The translations under genes and the position numbers were made by a program. DNA of 63,941 nucleotides, filler included, from Diploschistes diacapsis (Eukaryota): NCBI GenBank assembly GCA_023645945.1. It is 13 parts of 13 records of this genome, joined end to end, with 100 filler letters (N's around TTAATTAATTAA, not from the genome) between each part and the next. Parts side by side here need not be neighbours in the genome. Positions count along the whole stretch, not along the records: positions 12,808 to 15,893 come from JALAIB010002007.1; positions 15,994 to 19,077 come from JALAIB010002008.1; positions 19,178 to 22,259 come from JALAIB010002009.1; positions 22,360 to 48,083 come from JALAIB010000201.1; 9 more parts are not named here. One strand, given 5' to 3'. The notes below the pieces were generated by a model. The model saw only the letters and a program-made list of their open reading frames with translations. It had not been told where the DNA came from and did not search any database. Below, one piece after another: positions 12,809 through 25,196 of this stretch (positions are counted from its first letter, which is position 1; each line of letters begins with the position of its first letter).

Positions 12809-15800
12809 CCACCACCACCACCACCAGCTACTGCACGGTCGCAAAGCCTGAACAGAGCTTCTGAGACCTTGGCCATTCCGAGCTCGGTCGTCCCCGTGCG
12901 ATCCCGGCAACCTCCTGGCAGGGGCACCGGACTGGAGCCTGTTCCGCCAACACCAGCGAATTGGGTCGATGAGGATGTCCACGGCAGCGGGAACGACAGT
13001 CAGCTTGCGCAACAAAATTGCTCTACCCGATCGAATTGGCAGAGCGAACAGTTACACGTGGACCCTCCAAATACCACTACCCAAAGCCATGCGAATGAAA
13101 GTCAGGCAAACACCGAGATCACCAGCGGTACTTCAGCCTCGTCACATCCGCGGAGAGACTCAATGGGCCTTGTACGTAGTCCAGCGATGAGAAACAGAAG
13201 CAAAGGAATCCGTGAGAGAAGGAGTGAGAGCATACAAGGTAGACAAGACTCGGGAGATTCGACGGGACATGCTTCTGTCGCGGATGCGCTCTCGCGGCCT
13301 CTGCAATACATAGTTATCTCTGGAGGAAGTGACACTCTTGCTGGAAGAAGGTTGTCCGCCAGATTGACTCCCAAGAGCGCCCAATTCCGTGGCTTAGACG
13401 AAGCTCTCAAAAGCAGTGACTCGGCGCAGTTTTCGGGCAAACTCATCTCACCCAAGTCAACACCGCTTTCGGCGACGTTCCGCCGCGACTCATTCCTCAA
13501 CAAAACAACCCCCACGCCTCCGTTCTCTCCTGCACAAGATCGTTTCAATGAACGGCCTATGGCGGGCCCATCCTCAACTAACCTCTCGAAGAAGCCTTCA
13601 CCGTTGTCGTCTTTGCAATCGCGAGGTCCTCGTGCGGCCTCCTTCACACTGCCACCCGAAGACGGACGTCCTGTCTCTCACCTCTTGCACATGCCGAATG
13701 ACGATAATGTTAATATTCGTGTGATGCCACTGAGCCCGGAAAGCACGCAGTCGTTGATGGATCTTGAAGTGTCCGAAGACCGTCAAGCGTTCGCCGCTCG
13801 CGCTGCAGAGCGACATCGTCTATTCCTGCAGAAAGAGGCGGATGCATCCAATGATTCCGAACGATTGCACCTCTTCATTGAGCATATGGTTGCAGAATCC
13901 AGCATTCGAAGGGAGCGATATGCGAAAGTGTTTGACACCGAGAAGCTTGATCCCGTTGACCTTTTAGAAGGCATGTTTGAGGAGCCAGAGGACCAGATGG
14001 TCGAAGCTCACTTGGCAGTGCTATCTAGACATGCGTCCATCGATGATAGCCGACCTTCTTCGGCCACTTCGTTTGCGGACTCGCACTCCCACCGTACGAG
14101 TCGTCGAGCCTCAACGACTACAACGGCTGAGCAACCACCGTTGCTGACGATCGATACCTCTGTCAATGACCCACGGAGAAAAGACTACATTCCTGTCCTA
14201 TCTCCAATTGCGAGCATGAGCGCTGTTACTGGCAGAGATGAAACTGAGTCCAGAGGACGAGCGCCGAGTCGGTGGTGGGAGAGCCAATCAAACCCTTCGA
14301 ACAATGGAGATGGCTTCAAGGTGCTGGAGCGCTCAAAGCGAGAGAGCAAATACATGTCCGCAGTGCTAGAAAGTGATACGTCCCCGGCAGGACCCACAAG
14401 CTACCAAGAAATTGCGAGTTCCTCTCAGCTACCGGCATACGGTCCGAATGAATACCCACCGGAAAAGACTGGCTGGCGTCAGCACGAGACCGGCGAGATT
14501 CCGCCACCGCCGCATCCTCCGACCCCAATCTCTGCTCCATTCACGCCCGATCCGCGTAAACTCGACATCTCGCGCTTGATTACGCTTCCGCCACCGTACC
14601 CCCGCCGCCACCCGGCTGTCAACAACAGTCACCCCGACCTTGCCGATGTTCGAGCCGTCGTGCGCACCCTCCAAGACACATCCGAGCAGGACTCCGCAAA
14701 AATAACCTACGCCGCCCGCATCCGCGAGAAGCGCCAACGCGCCGACTCCCTCACCGCCCACCAAAAGTCCCTACACGACCAAGACATCTCCTTCCGCATG
14801 GAGCACGGCGAGATCTCGCAGCAGCAGTTCGACGAGGCCGAAGTCGCGCTGGAGGCCAAACTCGCCCAATCCGCGCAGGACCTCGCGCAGGCAGACTTTG
14901 ACCTCTACCAGTCCATCGTCGTCACACCCTTGCACGCGACCCTCAGCGAGCGCACGTCCCGCGCAACGTCTGCCCTCAAGTCCCTCTCCTCCCATCTGCA
15001 TGAGGATGCGCGCACGCATAGCCCAAACCTCCCGCAGGAAGCGGGCGACGAGCAACCCGAGCTGCTGGAGCGCCTCACCATGCTAAAATGGCTCTTCGAA
15101 GCGCGCGAGATGCTGCACAAGGAACTCTTCAACCTCCTTTCCGCCCGCAACGAGCGGTACAAGGCCATCGTCCTGCTGCCCCTCACGCGCAGTCCGGAGA
15201 AACACGCCGAAGCAACGTCCTTCTTCGCCGAGGACGCCCTCGCCCGCCGCGCCGCCGAGGAAAAGGGCGCCGCCAAACGCTGGCGCGAGTTCCAGGCCGT
15301 CGTGGACGAGCACGTCACGCGTGGCGTGGAGGTGCAGCTCAGCGCGTTCTGGGACATCGCGCCGCCCCTGCAGTCGCTGCTGCAGCGCGTGCCGCACGAG
15401 GGCAGCAAGCTCGCGGAGAGCGTTGGCGACCCGCCGGGCGGCCGGACCGGGGGGATCGGGTTCGAGATCCTGATACCCAAGGCCGAGGTGGACGAGAACC
15501 CGGCGTACTGGCGGCATCCGCTGCGGTACCTGTACAGCGTGCTGCAGCACGCCGAGGCCAGCACGCGCCAGTTCGTCGAGGGCCAGGTGTCGCTGTGGTG
15601 TCTGGCGCAGGAGGTGCGCGAGGGGTGCGTGCGCGCGAGGTGGAGGGCGGAGGAGAGCGGCAGGCAGGCCAAGACCAAGGCCGGGGCGGAAGGGGAGCTG
15701 GAGGATGGCGAAAGAATAGGGAAAGGGGGAAGAGGAAGCGAGGACGGCGGACGCGATGCTGCTGCTGCTGCTGATGCTGCTGCTGCTGGCTGGCACAGGC

Positions 15801-15893
15801 AGATGGACGGACGAAGGGAGGAGGGGGAGGTCAGGATGGGGCTGGAGGATCTCAAGGAGAAGGTGGCGGCCGTGGAGGGCCAGTGGGTGGAGG
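12809..15893 (+). CDS. Large uncharacterised fungal protein, partial at both ends (>1020 aa; Ser/Pro-rich N-half, helical C-half)
   Basis: Frame open across the whole contig; motifs RGRAPSRWWE, YGPNEYPPEK and LDISRLITLPPPYPRRHPAVNNSHPDL recalled from Pezizomycotina hypothetical proteins. Confidence 0.85.
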
Positions 15894-15993
15894 NNNNNNN
15901 NNNNNNNNNNNNNNNNNNNNNNNNNNNNNNNNNNNNNTTAATTAATTAANNNNNNNNNNNNNNNNNNNNNNNNNNNNNNNNNNNNNNNNNNNN

Positions 15994-16901
15994 TATTTTT
16001 TAAATTTTATAAAATTTTTAAACATTCCGTAGCTATTTTTTTGACTTTTTAAGTATACGTCGAGATAAGATCTTATTTATGTTAGTGCGCGGTCACGTAT
16101 AAATCCTACGGCGAAGATTATTCGTTTTTTTTAATCGTTTATAATATACGGTTTCCAATAAAAGTATATTAAAAATTAAAATATTTAATATTTTAATTTC
16201 TTTCGGTCTTTATAAAACGTCATTAACTTTATAACTTTTATAATAAATTCTTTATACGATTTATCTTCGTCAAATTCATCGTCGTTTCCGAGGTCGTCGC
16301 CTCTAACTTCCGCTATATCCTTTATACGGACATCGGTTTCATTTAATAACGTTATTACCCTAAATACGCGAGTTGCTACGGATCTAGCCATCGATGGCGA
16401 TCGCCCGGTTATATTGTCAATAACATTCATTCTTAAAGATATTTAAATGTTATAATCTTTATCTATATAAAATATACACGAATAAAATTAAGATAGATTT
16501 AATCTTTATTAGAAAAGGAATATAATAAAAGAAAAAGATAAAATAATTATAAATCTTAAACTATCTCTAAAAAGAAAGTTTTTTAATGATAGAAGTAACA
16601 AATATAAATTGATCCCGAATAATAACTCAAGATATTTATAAAAATAAACACGCCCTAAACTTATAAAGGCCATAATGACGTTTTTATATAACTAACAGCT
16701 CCTTTAATAAAGTAAATAAATAAATAAATAGAATTATCGTTCTTTCTTTTTATTCACGATTGACTAGAATGGTCTTCCAGATTTTTTACTCATCACGTGA
16801 CCCGTGTCACCCTGATTAAACTATATATAAGGACTGGTTGGGAAGTGCCCGACTAGCTGTTGCGTGCCAAGTACTACCGACTAGTGACTTGGATCGTAAC
16901 A
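15994..16901 (-). mobile_element. 5' end of a family B LTR element: LTR 16448-16901 and gag-like start 16185-16430
   Basis: TGTTATAATC...GGATCGTAACA termini; homologous to 2565-3019; minus-strand ORF begins just after the LTR. Confidence 0.8.
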
Positions 16902-19077
16902 CGTATATGTCTATTATCGTATCTAGATTAGGGATTTTGCCGTTATCGTTTAACCTTTATATCAGTTATTAAGAAAGGATTTACCGTTTTTATAAGATCT
17001 TTATTAATAATAAGTTATAGATACTTTTAAACTGTTATTTATTAATGCCCTTATTTTGAAGCCGTTGGATTATATTATGGTCGAAATATAACCGATTATT
17101 TTAAGAATTGATGCGAGCAAGATTGGCTGAGGAGATTTTTTTGGATAATTAAGCATTAATAAGAAGCGTCGTTATGTGTTTAGATACGAGAACGGAATAT
17201 GATTTCTTCCGGAAGTAAAATACGATACCGGAAAACGCGAGTGCCGGGAACTGTTAAAGATTTTAAAAAAGATAAGATCTTATTTATATAAAATACAGTT
17301 TATTCTTAAATTAGATGCCAAAATCTTGATATATTAATTAAATAAATTCAATACCGATTTATTAAAAATCTTCGTTAATAATTAGCTCGCATAGATTTAG
17401 TTTTTCGATTTCGAAATACGGCACGTCTTTAAAAGACATTATGTTATAATAAATGCGTTTTTACGACGACCGCTTACAGAATTAGATTCAATAAATGAAA
17501 AGGATATAGACGATTTTATAAAACAATCCTTCGGGATTCGTTATCGGATTTACGTTTAAGATTATGCGGATTGTACCGGATCTTCATCCCGGAACGATCC
17601 GGACGGATCTAAATAGGAAACTCTAGGGACCAATGATCTTAATATAGGAAGAATCTTGTTTATGATTTTGAATCTTGATTCACATTATACTGATGAGCAT
17701 TAGAGGATAATAAAATACCTAACTTTATTATAGAAATTATTTGGAATATCTAGTATCGACTTTAGGAATTTGAAACGTTAGACCATTCAGTATCTGGTCT
17801 AATATAAGGAAGTTTTTAGACGCGGCCGCCATTTATAGATAGCGAGAAGAGTGGTCGATGATCTCGACGAAAGAATATATATCTTAAAAGAAATATACTT
17901 TTAATCTAATTATCGGAGCTATAATATCATTTAAAAGATAATAACCCAGCGATACGGGTAAGATAAAATATTTATAAATGCTAAACAGGTCTGCAAGGAG
18001 TATCGGGAATGTTAGTTAAAGAAACTAAATCGCGAAGTAAATTTGATTCATTTAAGCTTTACTAATTGCTTATGGGTAGTGATTTACTTCGACGTCATTA
18101 AGATATTAAGCTATCGAAATAAACATTTTATAATATAGGCCAGGAATTACTTGTCCGGATAAATTAAAGCACGAATTATTATTAAAAACGATTTAAAAAC
18201 GATTATTAAGTTTATTTATAAAAAACTAATCTATCGACACGGGATATTCGAGAAAATGATCGTCGACGGTGACTTAAAAAATAAAATAAAAATTATCGAT
18301 CTTTTAATTAAATACGGAATTCAACGAACCTAGATTTCGGCCTATAATCCTTCTATAAATGATTTGATTAAACATGATTATCGCGTGGTCATAGATGTAT
18401 TAAGCAAGTTAACTAATGGCGGGAAAGGAGACTGGGTGTCGGCTTTACTTTCAGTATTCTAAGTAGAACGAATCTCGGTTAATACTATTATAAAAAGAAC
18501 TCCATTTTTATTGCTATATAGGACAGAATGTGTCTTATTAATAAAAACGGAAGTTATTATATAAACGATATTATTATAAAACGATGTTCATAACCGTGCC
18601 GATCTTTTAACGGCAAGAATAAGATAACTAAAAAGCCGGAATAAAGATATAAAAAAATTTTTTATTAAAATAGAACGTCGGAAGAGCTAAATAATCGATT
18701 CACGCAATAAAGATATTTATACGAAGGCCCATCTCTTTCATATTAGAAATCTTGTACTACTTTATAATAATAAATATTAAAAAGATTATTCCGTATCTCG
18801 AAAGTTAAACTTTTGATAGCTCGGTCTTTACCGAATAACCTATATAAACCAGACGAAATCAGTTTTTAAGCTTACGGAACTGGATGAAATAAACTTCGCT
18901 GAAATCTTTATAGATAGAAGGCTAAAGGTCTTTGTTGTTGATCTTAGAAAAGATGTAATAGTGCCGGATTCTAAAATAATGGTCGAAAAGGATGAAGATG
19001 AATCTATAGGAGAAGTATCGGTAGAATATACTAATAAGGATCCTAAAGATGAAGTCCCTTCAAATCCCTTAAAAAAG
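16902..19077 (+). mobile_element. Ty3/gypsy pol relic (RNase H, integrase)
   Basis: IDAS at ~17107; KYDTGKREC RNase H segment; integrase core ~18080-18540 with many stops. Confidence 0.85.
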
Positions 19078-19177
19078 NNNNNNNNNNNNNNNNNNNNNNN
19101 NNNNNNNNNNNNNNNNNNNNNTTAATTAATTAANNNNNNNNNNNNNNNNNNNNNNNNNNNNNNNNNNNNNNNNNNNN

Positions 19178-21517
19178 ATCGAAATCTTTTGACGATAGTA
19201 TTGTATTAGGTCTTTATTATATTTAGAAAATCTCGAAAAACGGATGTGATTTCGTCCTTATGTTTCAAGAATCTGATCCATAAATATCTAGTATAGTCGT
19301 CGATAATGGTAATATAATACCTGTTCCCCCCAATTAATTCAACGAAAAACTTTTTATTTAAATCGAAATAAATTAGTTTATAAAGGTTATTAATACGTCG
19401 ATTTATTGATTTAAATATTTAATACGTATTTTTAACCTTGATACAAATAGAACAATAGAAGTCTTTAAGTTTCGATAGAATGGTATCGTTATCGCTATAG
19501 ATACTATCCTTTATAAAAACATGTCTTATCGCGGAATAAAATTCTTAATAAAAAATAACGTAAACTGATTCATTGTATAACTGAATCAAGATACAATTCC
19601 GTATAATTTTCGCTCATAGACAAGCTTTTTCTTTATTAATAATAAAAACATTATTATTATATCCATACAGATGATACCCTTTCAAGCGAGTCTGTACCTA
19701 ATTGAAAAGGCGTGTTTGCGGTATATCCGGAACAAAAAGAGTATCGTGAAGGATAACCTTTTTAAGTTCTTCTTTAGAAAGGATAGTAATAAAAATTATC
19801 TTTTTCTTTCTTTTTATTCTATATCTGTTTCTTTTAACGACTTTTACCTATCTAAAGAATGGTTTAACCTTCCTAACAAAATCCGAACGAAAGCTGCTCA
19901 TATGTACAGAACATCCGGTATTAAGGATCCATTTTTCTGATTAATCCGAGATGCTGTCTTTCCTTTTCAGAAACGTTGTATTAACGTCGTCGTTAATCTC
20001 GGAAATATTATTAATATGTATATCTAATTTCTCGACGAAAATTTTATTCCCGTTAAAACCTAATATATATTTAACGAAATATACGTTTATGATTTAATTA
20101 ATGAATGCAACGTCGTTTACATTTTTCGAAATTTCTCGTTAATGTTTGTTTTTATAACTAAAATCGATTAAGTATTTATATTTATAATTTTCGGAAAGAA
20201 GAAAAGTAATAGAATTAATATTAACTTTATCTTCTTTAACATATGCGGAGAAGGTAGTAACAGCGTTTATTTCGTCGTCGGAATAAATAGAATCTTTACT
20301 GTCGACTTCTATTTCTCTAACGCTATATTTTCTTTTTTTTTTGTTTCTTTTCTCCTTGTCTTTTCTTTAATTACTTCTATTCTTATTATTGTTCTTCTTC
20401 TTGACTCTTTTCAGAACATCATAATTCATATATATATAACCCGAAAATGGAAGGTTTTTCGATTTACAATAAATGTATTATTCTTTACTATCAATACTGG
20501 AACCAGCTTTCCCCTTTCTTGAAATCTAGGTCCAGTAAGCGGTATTAAAAGTAAGATTTATGTCGACTTTCTTTTCGGATAGGTCGAGGAATTTTAATTC
20601 GATAACTAAATACTTAATAACGTCTTTATTAAATAGATTATTAACAACGTTTTCTAACGAATTAGGAAAGGTAGTGAGGAAGAAGCATCTTTTAACTTCG
20701 TCGGATTCGAAAGCAGTCTTAAATGTTTTAGCCATAGGTCTGTCGGATGAATAATATCGTGAAACTATTCGTTGCTAGATTGAATAAAAGGTATCCATAT
20801 GGTCTTTAATGGGTCTATTAGATGCCATTCTTAATTTTATGATTGTTTTGAACAAATGAACGTTGCTTATTCCGATATCACGATCGTATTTATCTCGAAG
20901 ATTTATTTAAACAGCTACTAGATTATTAAATCTAAAAATGAATCCGATAAGATTTGATTCTATTGATTGTATTAATAAAGCATAAGTTTTAAACCTTCGG
21001 GACAATGTCTTCGATATAGCTTTATCTTCGATAATGTTTTTCAACTCTAAATAAAAGAATGCTATTAATCAAACGTTCTTCCACGTGACGTAATCGTTAC
21101 CCCGGCTCGACAATTTCGGAAGATTATCGATCTTAAAATTGATTCGGGGGACGTTGCTTACTCCTATAACAAACATCCTATCCTCGATAGGCTTACTAAA
21201 AATGGCTATAGGTTATCTTTAAGTTCTTAAAGAAGAATGGCAAAAAGTTAGCTCTAAAAGAACTAAAGTGCTGGTACAGAGAAGAGAATACTTGATGGTT
21301 CTAAAGAATCATTCTAAAAAGGAAATCTAGTATCTAAAAGTATTTCAGCAAAGAATAAAAACAAAAGCAAAGTACGGCTAAAGCGCCGGGCTCATAACCT
21401 GTCAGTTATATCGTAGTTAAGAAGAAGGATTGTATTATTCTGCAAGAGATGTCTGTAAGCGGATTATATACATTCTGTATGACTAATCATGTCCCCCTGC
21501 TCCTGCTCCTTCTCACA
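19178..21517 (-). mobile_element. Ty1/copia relic (family C): 118-bp 5' LTR 21400-21517, PBS 21388-21399, gag, integrase
   Basis: GGNRYYITIIDDYTRYLWIRFLK integrase motif at ~19265-19332; gag fragment 20526-20735; PBS GGTTATGAGCCC; second copy at 3216-3631. Confidence 0.9.
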
Positions 21518-21559
21518 GAACTCAGCCCTAGCGCCGCACCAAGGCCGCAGGTCCATATA

Positions 21560-22259
21560 AGAGGTGTTTTCATAGAAGAATTTCTTTTTTTTCTAGATAT
21601 TAGTTTATGAATATTTATAATTATTATTATCATATTATTATATTTTATGCGTTATAGTTCGGATTTTTTTTCTTTTAGTGAAGTAGTGGTCCGGTAGAAG
21701 AGCGAAAAAAAGCGAAAAACCGCGACTATATCTCGAAATATTAAAAAATCGGTAGCAACCGTAGATCTAACGGATATCGTTATTTTTATCCCGACGGGAA
21801 TTATTAATATATAACGAGATATTAACGGAGTCCTCACGGTCAACAACCGCAGAAATCTCGCGAAGAAAAGAAATCGTCGAAAGGAAACGCGTCGACATCG
21901 AAATTTTTAAATCAGGCGAAAAAGATTAATCTTAAAATTCTACTATCGAAGAAAAATATTTATCGGACGTAAATCCTTCGCGATCTAACCGGGAACACAT
22001 TTCCTATTTTAAAAGAAAACGCCAGAAATTATTAGAATAAAAAAAAATCTAAGATTTAATTACGAAAACAATAAATTTAGAAATTTAAACCACGTTTCCG
22101 ATAACCGAAACGGAATATAAAACGTAAATTACTTATAAGCGAGCCGTATTTAGCGAGCACGTTATTAACATTTCGAAATATCTTCGACTTCAATCTTTAT
22201 TTAAGTATTAAAGATTATTTATAACGGAACACCGAAAATAATTTATAATAATTAATAAT
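21560..22259. mobile_element. AT-rich RIP-like degraded repeat, family unassigned
   Basis: Composition only (AT-rich, CpG-retaining). Confidence 0.45.
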
Positions 22260-23019
22260 NNNNNNNNNNNNNNNNNNNNNNNNNNNNNNNNNNNNNNNNN
22301 NNNTTAATTAATTAANNNNNNNNNNNNNNNNNNNNNNNNNNNNNNNNNNNNNNNNNNNNGACGGAGGGAGACGGGCTGGGATGCAGGAAGGAGGAGAGGG
22401 TGAAGGTGAAGTGCCCGGCTGAGAGAGGGTGCAGGGAGACTGTTGCCATGGATGGGGGCGTGGATTTGGGGGTAGGAGAAGGGTGGGAAGGGAAGTTAGA
22501 AGGGGAGAAGGGGGCTTTGGTTTGATGTTATTAGTTGCGGATTGAGGATTCGGGATACCGATGGGTAAAGTGCCGAGGGTTATGCTCCCTGGCAGCTTAG
22601 ACAAGTTGGCAATGCGTCTAGCTTTTAGATAAGTTTCGAGACTTTATTGTGCGCTCCGAATGACTTGCGAGTAATGCGGCGCTGGTGGGTGTGGTCGTTT
22701 TGTTGTCTGCTCAGCCTAGTGGCATCCTTGATCGGATTGCGTATCTTGCTAACAAAGCATCGGAAGGGCAAACTGCACAAAGTAGTCACGCTTGATCAAT
22801 CAGGAAGTTTCCGATTTTCAGGCTACAAAGCTCCGCATAGTCTCACTCATGACAGTGTGTATATGTAGAGAAGACTGGTTGCGATTGTCCCCGCATTAGA
22901 AATATCACAGTTCTCCGACGTATTGACAGTAAACAGACCCAGGTGCTTGAAGGTTCCATGGAGGATACACCTTCCGCAAAGACGAATAAAAGAATAGAAT
23001 TGAGAACGGAATAGCAGCA

Positions 23020-24021
23020 ATGGAAAGCCTCGATGGCAAGCGATTCGGCTTCATCGGCCTGGGAGCAATGGGTACTCCAACAAAATTCCTGGCAGAAACA
23101 AGAATGTTTGTCAATAATGTAGCCGAGCAAGCGATTGATGAGTTCTGTTCAGAGCATAAAAACAAGATTATGGAAGCAACAAGCTCGAAAGAGGTAGCGC
23201 AGAACAGTGCAGGTAACAACTCGGGTCCTCGTTGAGAAGATTTACTCAGACTGCCGACAGCCTCCTGACAAAACGACATATTCTTACAATGGCCCAAGAA
23301 GGCTCCAATGTCAGGTCCGTCTACCTAGAAAAGGACCACGGTATTCTCGCAACGGATATATCAAACAAGCTTTTCATAGACTGCTCCACCATTGACACGG
23401 CAACGAGTCCGCTAGTCAAAGATAGCATCAAGGAAGCCTCCCCCTCTGCCTCTTTCTATGGCGCGCCCGTGAGCGGCGGCGTCATCGGCGCGAGGAAAGG
23501 AACTCTGGCGTTCTTCCTCGGATGTGCGGAAGACGACCCTAAATTGCCGGTTTTGAACAAGATCATTGAGATGATGGGGGAAGACTCCAATACTCTGTGG
23601 AGCACCTTCGTTCGGGCTGGCGGCCAAGCTGTCGAAATAACTATTTCTTTGGGCTCATCGCGATAGCATGTTCGAAAGCCATTGATATGGAAATGAGGTC
23701 CGGCCTCGATCCAAGGGTATTGGTGCGTGTGCGCGCTGCTGGTATGGTGCAGAATATGATTTGCAATAGGTTTCGCCCAGTCCCAGGAGTGGGAGGAGGC
23801 ACCGTCGTCTAATGGGCATCAGGGGAGTGCAACTTGTGAAGAAGGACTTTGGACTGGAGATGGACATGGCAAAAAGAGTTGGAACGAAACCAATCTTGGG
23901 CGAAGCGGGCATGAAGGTGTACGAGGATTTGGATTCAAGGATTGAGAGAAGGACGGATGACGATGTATGCTGGGAGGTTGACGAGGGATGGCTCGGAGTG
24001 ACGCGTCTTAAACGCGCTTGA
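23020..24021 (+). pseudogene. Beta-hydroxyacid dehydrogenase (3-hydroxyisobutyrate dehydrogenase family) pseudogene
   Basis: GFIGLGAMG Rossmann motif, DCSTID, APVSGG, then KL/NNY and KKDFGL segments spread over different frames; breaks near 23590, 23635 and 23810 lack splice signals. Confidence 0.8.
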
Positions 24022-24278
24022 CACGCGCTAATCCACAAGATAAGGGCTTGCAAGCGATATTAAGACTTAAGACTTATCTTATGTCTGCTTTTATAATTGA
24101 TCTGAAGCACCTTGAAGCTTTTGTATGGGCATAAATTGGTAAGGTGGTGGTGGGTGTGCAGGTTATTGTCAATATCGCCTGGCTGGCTACTGTACACTCT
24201 CATTTTACGGTTATTATTTACCATACACAGAGAAAGGCCGTGAGAGATCACAGTTCCGAGCCATATTTTCGAAAAGAG

Positions 24279-24782
24279 ATGCCAAAGCCTCATACAAGGA
24301 CTGTGGGGTCTTGGATTACGATGCCGCAGTATGAGCGAGTAATGGGCAGCGATTGAGATGGCAATGGCTCTTGAAGAACTTGCCTTGGAGACAAGCAGAC
24401 AGTGACTCCCTTTTTGCTTGTGAAAGGCCGTTCACAGCAGTCCCTGAAGCAAATCAGTACACATTCACTAATCACCCTCCGTACCTTACCATATCACGGC
24501 CCGGCCAAGAGCTACGAGTTCTGCTGGGGCTACGTTTGGACTCGGCCCGGGCTAGATAGAAAACAGCGCAGTCTGATGAACATTGGCATGCTCATGGCGC
24601 TCACGCCCGAGGAGCGAGGAACAACGGGCTGACGGAAGTGGAGAGCAGGGAGGCGATCTTGCATGCCACCACTTACTGCGGAGTTCCTGCCGGCGTCAAT
24701 GCCATGGAGGTAGCCGAGGAAGGTACTAGATGAGATGGCGGAGAAGGGGGAGAAGAAGGCGAGGGAGTTGGGGATCAGATAA
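24279..24782 (+). pseudogene. Carboxymuconolactone decarboxylase (CMD/AhpD-like) family pseudogene
   Basis: [29 protein letters not shown], then in another frame [25 protein letters not shown]; deletion and frameshift between them. Confidence 0.78.
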
Positions 24783-25196
24783 GGTCAGAAGGGGAGTCGG
24801 GCCGTCTGGAATGGGACTCCTGGAAACACGACATTTGTCTCTACTGTTTTCAATGGATCAAGTGGAAGGCGCTGACAGAGTTTCGTGCGGCGATAAAGCA
24901 GAATCGTAAAGCAGATAATGAGTACGAACAACACAACAACAACAAACAACATTTCTTTAGGCTAGCCTGTGCCACCCCACGTGACACGACTTTGCCCCCT
25001 AACTCCGCCATTCATCATTCATCATTCATCTCCAGATAGATACCCCTAGTTCCAAGTCTTGACGCAAACTCCACGGTTTCTATTTTAAGACTGTTTCTCT
25101 TCTCGCTGCTTGCTAACTTCGTCAAGCAGTCAAGCAGCACTCCGTGCAACAAAGCCGCAGCCCTTAATACAACCAGAGAACCTGTATCTACGCGCA

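Noticed and set aside
14905..15855. Long antisense and alternate-frame ORFs over GC-rich genes (also 35424-36149, 43080-43790)
   Set aside because: Shadow ORFs from high GC and codon bias of the real gene; low-complexity translations.
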